A stretch of DNA of 20,000 bases. It comes from an uncultured virus (IMG/VR IMGVR_UViG_3300035670_008414) (taxonomy: Duplodnaviria; Heunggongvirae; Uroviricota; Caudoviricetes). The translations under genes were made by a program, and so were the position numbers. Below, in pieces: positions 16,540 to 20,000 of the stretch. Numbering within the stretch: the stretch's first letter is position 1; each line of letters opens with the position of its first letter. Location: IMG/VR virus record IMGVR_UViG_3300035670_008414; one strand, written 5' to 3'. Below the pieces are notes generated by a model. The model ran no database searches and was not told where the DNA came from. It worked only from the letters and a program-made list of their open reading frames with translations.

Positions 16540-17433
16540 ATGACAAAAGAAAAATACATTGTTTTCATTGTAAACGGAGGAGCAGGTAAAAATGTAATGG
16601 CAACTGCTGTGGTAAAAGCTATTAAAAATAACAATCCAGATTATAAAATAATAGTTGTTACTGCATGGAAAGAAATCTGGCTTTATAATCCTAATGTTTA
16701 TAGAACATTTGTATTTGGTCAAACTCCAAACTTCTATTTGGACTATATTAAAGACCAAGATGTTGTAATTCATGGACTAGAGCCTTATTCTACTACCGAT
16801 TATTTATTAAAGAAAAAAAACTTAATAGAAATTTGGTGCGATTTAGTAGGAGTTCAATATAACAATGAAAAACCTGAATTATTCTTTAATCAAAGAGAAG
16901 TTGAATACACAATAAACAAATTTAATTTAGGGCAATCTCCTTTAATGCTTTTACAAACTAACGGAGGTGGAGGGCAACAAAACACTAAATTTTCATGGAT
17001 GAGAGATATGCCTTTAAACTTAGCAACCGAAGTTGTAAATGCTTTCATAAGTAATTTTAATATACTTCATATCCGTAAAAATGACCAGCCAGTAATTAAT
17101 GGAATTAAATCTTTTGAAGGTAATTTAAGGGAATTAATGACTTTGATTAAATTCTCAAATAAAAGATTATTTATTGATAGTGTTTGTCAGCATATTGCTG
17201 CTGCTTTAAATAAAGAATCATGTGTTTTATGGATTAGAAACGAGCCAAGTGTTTTAGGTTACAGCTTACATGATAACATAATCACAAAAGTAGAAGATGA
17301 AATTAATGTATTAGGAGATAGTTTCTTAGAGCCTTATGATATTACTGGAAATGTTTATCAATGTCCATTTAAAGAAGGAACTAAACTATTTGATGCAGAA
17401 GAAATAATTAACTCAATTAAAAATCAAAACTAA
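16540..17433 (+). CDS. GT9-like (heptosyltransferase-like, GT-B fold) glycosyltransferase
   Basis: N-terminal VNGGAGKNVMATAVVKAIK..NPDYKIIVV and C-terminal FIDSVCQHIAAALNKESCVLW match the GT9 patterns GxxGDxxxxxP and DSGxxHxAxA in divergent form. Confidence 0.75.
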   Translation: MTKEKYIVFIVNGGAGKNVMATAVVKAIKNNNPDYKIIVVTAWKEIWLYNPNVYRTFVFGQTPNFYLDYIKDQDVVIHGLEPYSTTDYLLKKKNLIEIWCDLVGVQYNNEKPELFFNQREVEYTINKFNLGQSPLMLLQTNGGGGQQNTKFSWMRDMPLNLATEVVNAFISNFNILHIRKNDQPVINGIKSFEGNLRELMTLIKFSNKRLFIDSVCQHIAAALNKESCVLWIRNEPSVLGYSLHDNIITKVEDEINVLGDSFLEPYDITGNVYQCPFKEGTKLFDAEEIINSIKNQN

Positions 17434-17439
17434 AATAAA

Positions 17440-17739
17440 ATGAATACAATTCATGTTTTTGCTTACGGAGAAGCACAAATAATCGGTAAAGACTTAAACT
17501 TTAAAGCCGATGTTTCAAAATTTACAAAATTACAAGCAGTAATTGATGATGTAAAATCAAAAAGACCTGCTGATGTAGAAGAAAAAGATTACCATGCTAT
17601 AAATATTTTCAATAAAATGAAAGTAAGTTATAATTCAAAAGAAAGAAAAGGTAATTTTTCATTCAAATTTGAAGATTTAGATTCGGCTAAATTGAATGAT
17701 TTGATAAATGAATTTGCTACATTAAAAGCAAACTCATAA
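17440..17739 (+). CDS. Hypothetical protein
   Basis: 99-aa ORF within the cassette; no recognised motif. Confidence 0.7.
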   Translation: MNTIHVFAYGEAQIIGKDLNFKADVSKFTKLQAVIDDVKSKRPADVEEKDYHAINIFNKMKVSYNSKERKGNFSFKFEDLDSAKLNDLINEFATLKANS

Positions 17740-17769
17740 TAACCAACCAAAGAACTATTTTTAAGACAA

Positions 17770-18405
17770 ATGAACTTAACCTATCATAAGATAGATGTAA
17801 ATACTTTTTTCGATAAAATATTTTACATTAACATAGATTCAAGGACTGATAGGAATGAATTAATGATTGATAATTTCAAAAGATTTGGAATTACCAATTA
17901 TGAAAGAGTTAGTGGAATTAAATTTGATACATTACCAGATGAGTATTTGTACCGAAATTTCATTAACTCTAATTCAAAATATACTTTAGGGCAATTAGGT
18001 TGTAGGGAAGCTCATGTAAATTGCATTAAATTAGCCAAAGAAAGAGGTTATAAGAATGTTTTTATATTAGAGGATGATATTCAATTCCTACAAAATCCAA
18101 ACGATATTCTAACATACAATTCTCCCATTTTAGATAATTGGGATATGCTTTATTTTGGAGGATTAATAGAGCAATATTTCAGGAATCAAATAGTCATGGC
18201 TCATGCTTATTGTGTAAATTCTATTTTATTCGATGATATTATAAACATGGCTAATCCTAGTGGAATGGAAATAGATAATTTCTATGCTAAAATAATTCAT
18301 CACATGAGTTGTAATCATATTAATATAGGAAAGTATAGAATAGTACCATTACAACCTTTTAATACAATTATTCAAGACAAAAAATATAATTCAGACATAT
18401 CATAA
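17770..18405 (+). CDS. Glycosyltransferase family 25
   Basis: KIFYINIDSRTDR, ERVSGI, GQLGCREAH, FILEDD, WDMLYFG, AHAY and EID motifs typical of GT25. Confidence 0.9.
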   Translation: MNLTYHKIDVNTFFDKIFYINIDSRTDRNELMIDNFKRFGITNYERVSGIKFDTLPDEYLYRNFINSNSKYTLGQLGCREAHVNCIKLAKERGYKNVFILEDDIQFLQNPNDILTYNSPILDNWDMLYFGGLIEQYFRNQIVMAHAYCVNSILFDDIINMANPSGMEIDNFYAKIIHHMSCNHINIGKYRIVPLQPFNTIIQDKKYNSDIS

Positions 18406-18417
18406 AAACCAAAGAAA

Positions 18418-19251
18418 ATGAAAAAAACAATCTATCTTACAGGACTACCCAGAGCGATGACAACACTCATGGCGAATACATTAGCTAACAATCCAAGAAT
18501 ATCAGGAGGAGAGACTTCTCCAATGTTAGAATATTTATATGGGGGTCGTAATAACTTTTCAAATACTCCAGAAGTAAAATCAGCTTTGACAGAAGAAATA
18601 ATGAAAGAAGCTTTTTTGAATTTTTGTAGAGAAGGCATAAATGGGTATTCTGAAATCATGTGTAAACAAAAAAATGCTGAAATATACTTAGATAAAAGTA
18701 GGGGATGGGTACATTATGCTCCTTTTTTGTGGGAAATACAGCCAAATGCAAAAATAATTGTAATGGTTAGGGATATTAGAGCAGTATTAGCATCACTTGA
18801 AAAGAAATGGAGGGATAATCCTAGTATAATTGATAATAGAGATAATCCAGCACAGCAACAATTTATAACAATAGACCAAAGAGTAAATCATTGGCTGAAT
18901 GACCCTCCATTAGGAATTGCCTTAAAAAGAATTTTCAATGCAATAACTACTGGCACAATTAAAAATATGTTAGTTATTAGAGCCGAAGAATTTTGCAAAA
19001 AGCCAAAAGATATAATGCAAAAGGTTTATGATTTTATTGAAGAACCTTATTTTGATTTAGATTATTCTAATGTTCAGCAAGTTACAGTTGAGAATGATAG
19101 AATATCGGACTTCGGAATATATGGAGACCATACAATAAAATCCGACATACAACCACTTAAAAAGGACTTCGATGAGGTTTTAGGAACTCAAATATCTCAA
19201 TCGGTAAAAGCTAACTATAAATGGTTCTACGATGCCTTTGATTATTTTTAG
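18418..19251 (+). CDS. PAPS-dependent sulfotransferase family protein
   Basis: 5'-PSB-like GLPRAMTT, DKS, 3'-PB-like KIIVMVRDIRAVLAS, and RAEEFCKKP...VYDFI. Confidence 0.85.
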   Translation: MKKTIYLTGLPRAMTTLMANTLANNPRISGGETSPMLEYLYGGRNNFSNTPEVKSALTEEIMKEAFLNFCREGINGYSEIMCKQKNAEIYLDKSRGWVHYAPFLWEIQPNAKIIVMVRDIRAVLASLEKKWRDNPSIIDNRDNPAQQQFITIDQRVNHWLNDPPLGIALKRIFNAITTGTIKNMLVIRAEEFCKKPKDIMQKVYDFIEEPYFDLDYSNVQQVTVENDRISDFGIYGDHTIKSDIQPLKKDFDEVLGTQISQSVKANYKWFYDAFDYF

Positions 19252-19322
19252 TTTACAAAATTTTAGTAAAATTTAAAAATAATAATTCATTGGTGTTTAT
19301 TATTTAATTTTGAAAAAAAACT

Positions 19323-19676
19323 ATGCAAATTGTCATGGATGAAAAATTGTCATTAAAACAACTTCAAAACCATTTGATTAAAACGATATTAGGAGCTTTT
19401 GGTGTTGCTATTTTAGGTGCGGTAATAACTTCATATACTTTTTATTATAACACAAATTATAATCTTAAAGAGCTTAATCAAAACAAGATTGAAACAAGTC
19501 AGGATATTAAAGAGTTGAAAAAAGATGTTTCAGAAATTAAAATTTCATTGTCAAATACAGGATTGAATACAACAAGTAATCAGAGAGAAATTGATGAACT
19601 TAAATCTGATATAAAAGATATAAAGAAAAGTCAAGAAGAAATGATGAGATTGCTTGTTACAATAAGCAAAAAATAG
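19323..19676 (+). CDS. Single-pass membrane protein with a coiled coil
   Basis: TILGAFGVAILGAVITSYTFYY followed by heptad-like IKELKKDVSEIK and IDELKSDIKDIKK. Confidence 0.75.
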   Translation: MQIVMDEKLSLKQLQNHLIKTILGAFGVAILGAVITSYTFYYNTNYNLKELNQNKIETSQDIKELKKDVSEIKISLSNTGLNTTSNQREIDELKSDIKDIKKSQEEMMRLLVTISKK

Positions 19677-19677
19677 T

Positions 19678-19851
19678 ATGCAATTAAATCCTAATACATT
19701 ATCTGATATACAAAAGGATATTAAAACTGGTAGAATACTAGGACTAACTATGGGACTTTTATTTTTAGGTTTTAGCTTATATGCCTACTCATTATCTATA
19801 AAAGCTAATAAATTATCAATAAAAAAATTAAAAGATGAAGGCTATGAATAG
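19678..19851 (+). CDS. Small single-pass membrane protein (57 aa)
   Basis: Hand translation: MQLNPNTLSDIQKDIKTGRILGLTMGLLFLGFSLYAYSLSIKANKLSIKKLKDEGYE*. A 1-nt gap separates it from the previous stop. Not in the ORF track. Confidence 0.7.
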   Translation: MQLNPNTLSDIQKDIKTGRILGLTMGLLFLGFSLYAYSLSIKANKLSIKKLKDEGYE

Positions 19852-19887
19852 TCTTTTTTTTTAATATAAAATCTATAAAAATATTTT

Positions 19888-20000
19888 ATGAATAAAGATA
19901 ACATGATTGATATAGCCTATGAGAAGATTAAGAAAATGAGGGAAAGTGGCTATAAATTTCTTGGCTATCCTGTTTACGATGTTAGCAAAAGAGATTTAGG
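19888..20000 (+). CDS. 5' end of a hypothetical protein (runs off the window)
   Basis: ATG at 19888 is open to the window end: MNKDNMIDIAYEKIKKMRESGYKFLGYPVYDVSKRDL... Confidence 0.6.
   Translation, partial: MNKDNMIDIAYEKIKKMRESGYKFLGYPVYDVSKRDL

Noticed and set aside
16216..16773. Minus-strand 185-aa ORF
   Set aside because: Spans two well-supported + strand genes; its composition mirrors them.
18432..18659. Minus-strand 75-aa ORF
   Set aside because: Antisense to the sulfotransferase motifs.
19277..19305. Intrinsic terminator (aaataataa...ttattattt inverted repeat)
   Set aside because: The 9-bp stem is A/T-only with an 11-nt loop; it is too weak and is expected by chance at this base composition.
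19323..19851. Holin/spanin lysis cassette
   Set aside because: TM and coiled-coil features are non-specific, and there is no endolysin or lipoprotein o-spanin in view.
1..20000. Stop-codon reassignment
   Set aside because: The standard bacterial code already gives near-complete coding density, and TAG/TGA stops are followed by plausible new starts.

Overview
This is an AT-rich, gene-dense window of about 29 co-directional (+ strand) ORFs with minimal spacers and stop/start overlaps (TAATG, ATGA). It most likely comes from the virion-morphogenesis region of an uncultured bacterial virus. A Bacteroidota host is inferred from A-rich leaders without Shine-Dalgarno motifs, a TTTG-N19-TAnnTTTG promoter and a peptidoglycan-binding OmpA-C domain. 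The gene order is: (i) small basic proteins and a 592-aa modular protein punctuated by [YF]xxGG motifs, which shares a C-terminal tag with the next gene; (ii) eight consecutive small membrane proteins, including an OmpA-C protein and a LEA_2-like protein; (iii) a ~10 kb block of modular, duplicated fibre/spike-like proteins (15-aa 'ISGGxxN' repeats and five ~260-aa 'DPDAQAF' units); (iv) a GT9-like/GT25/sulfotransferase cassette; (v) further small membrane proteins. I recognised no capsid, terminase, portal, protease, integrase, reverse transcriptase, RNA gene or CRISPR array, so the viral and taxonomic assignments are inferences. The best candidate for an undescribed system is the di-glycine-delimited polyprotein with its shared, possibly cleavable C-terminal tag.
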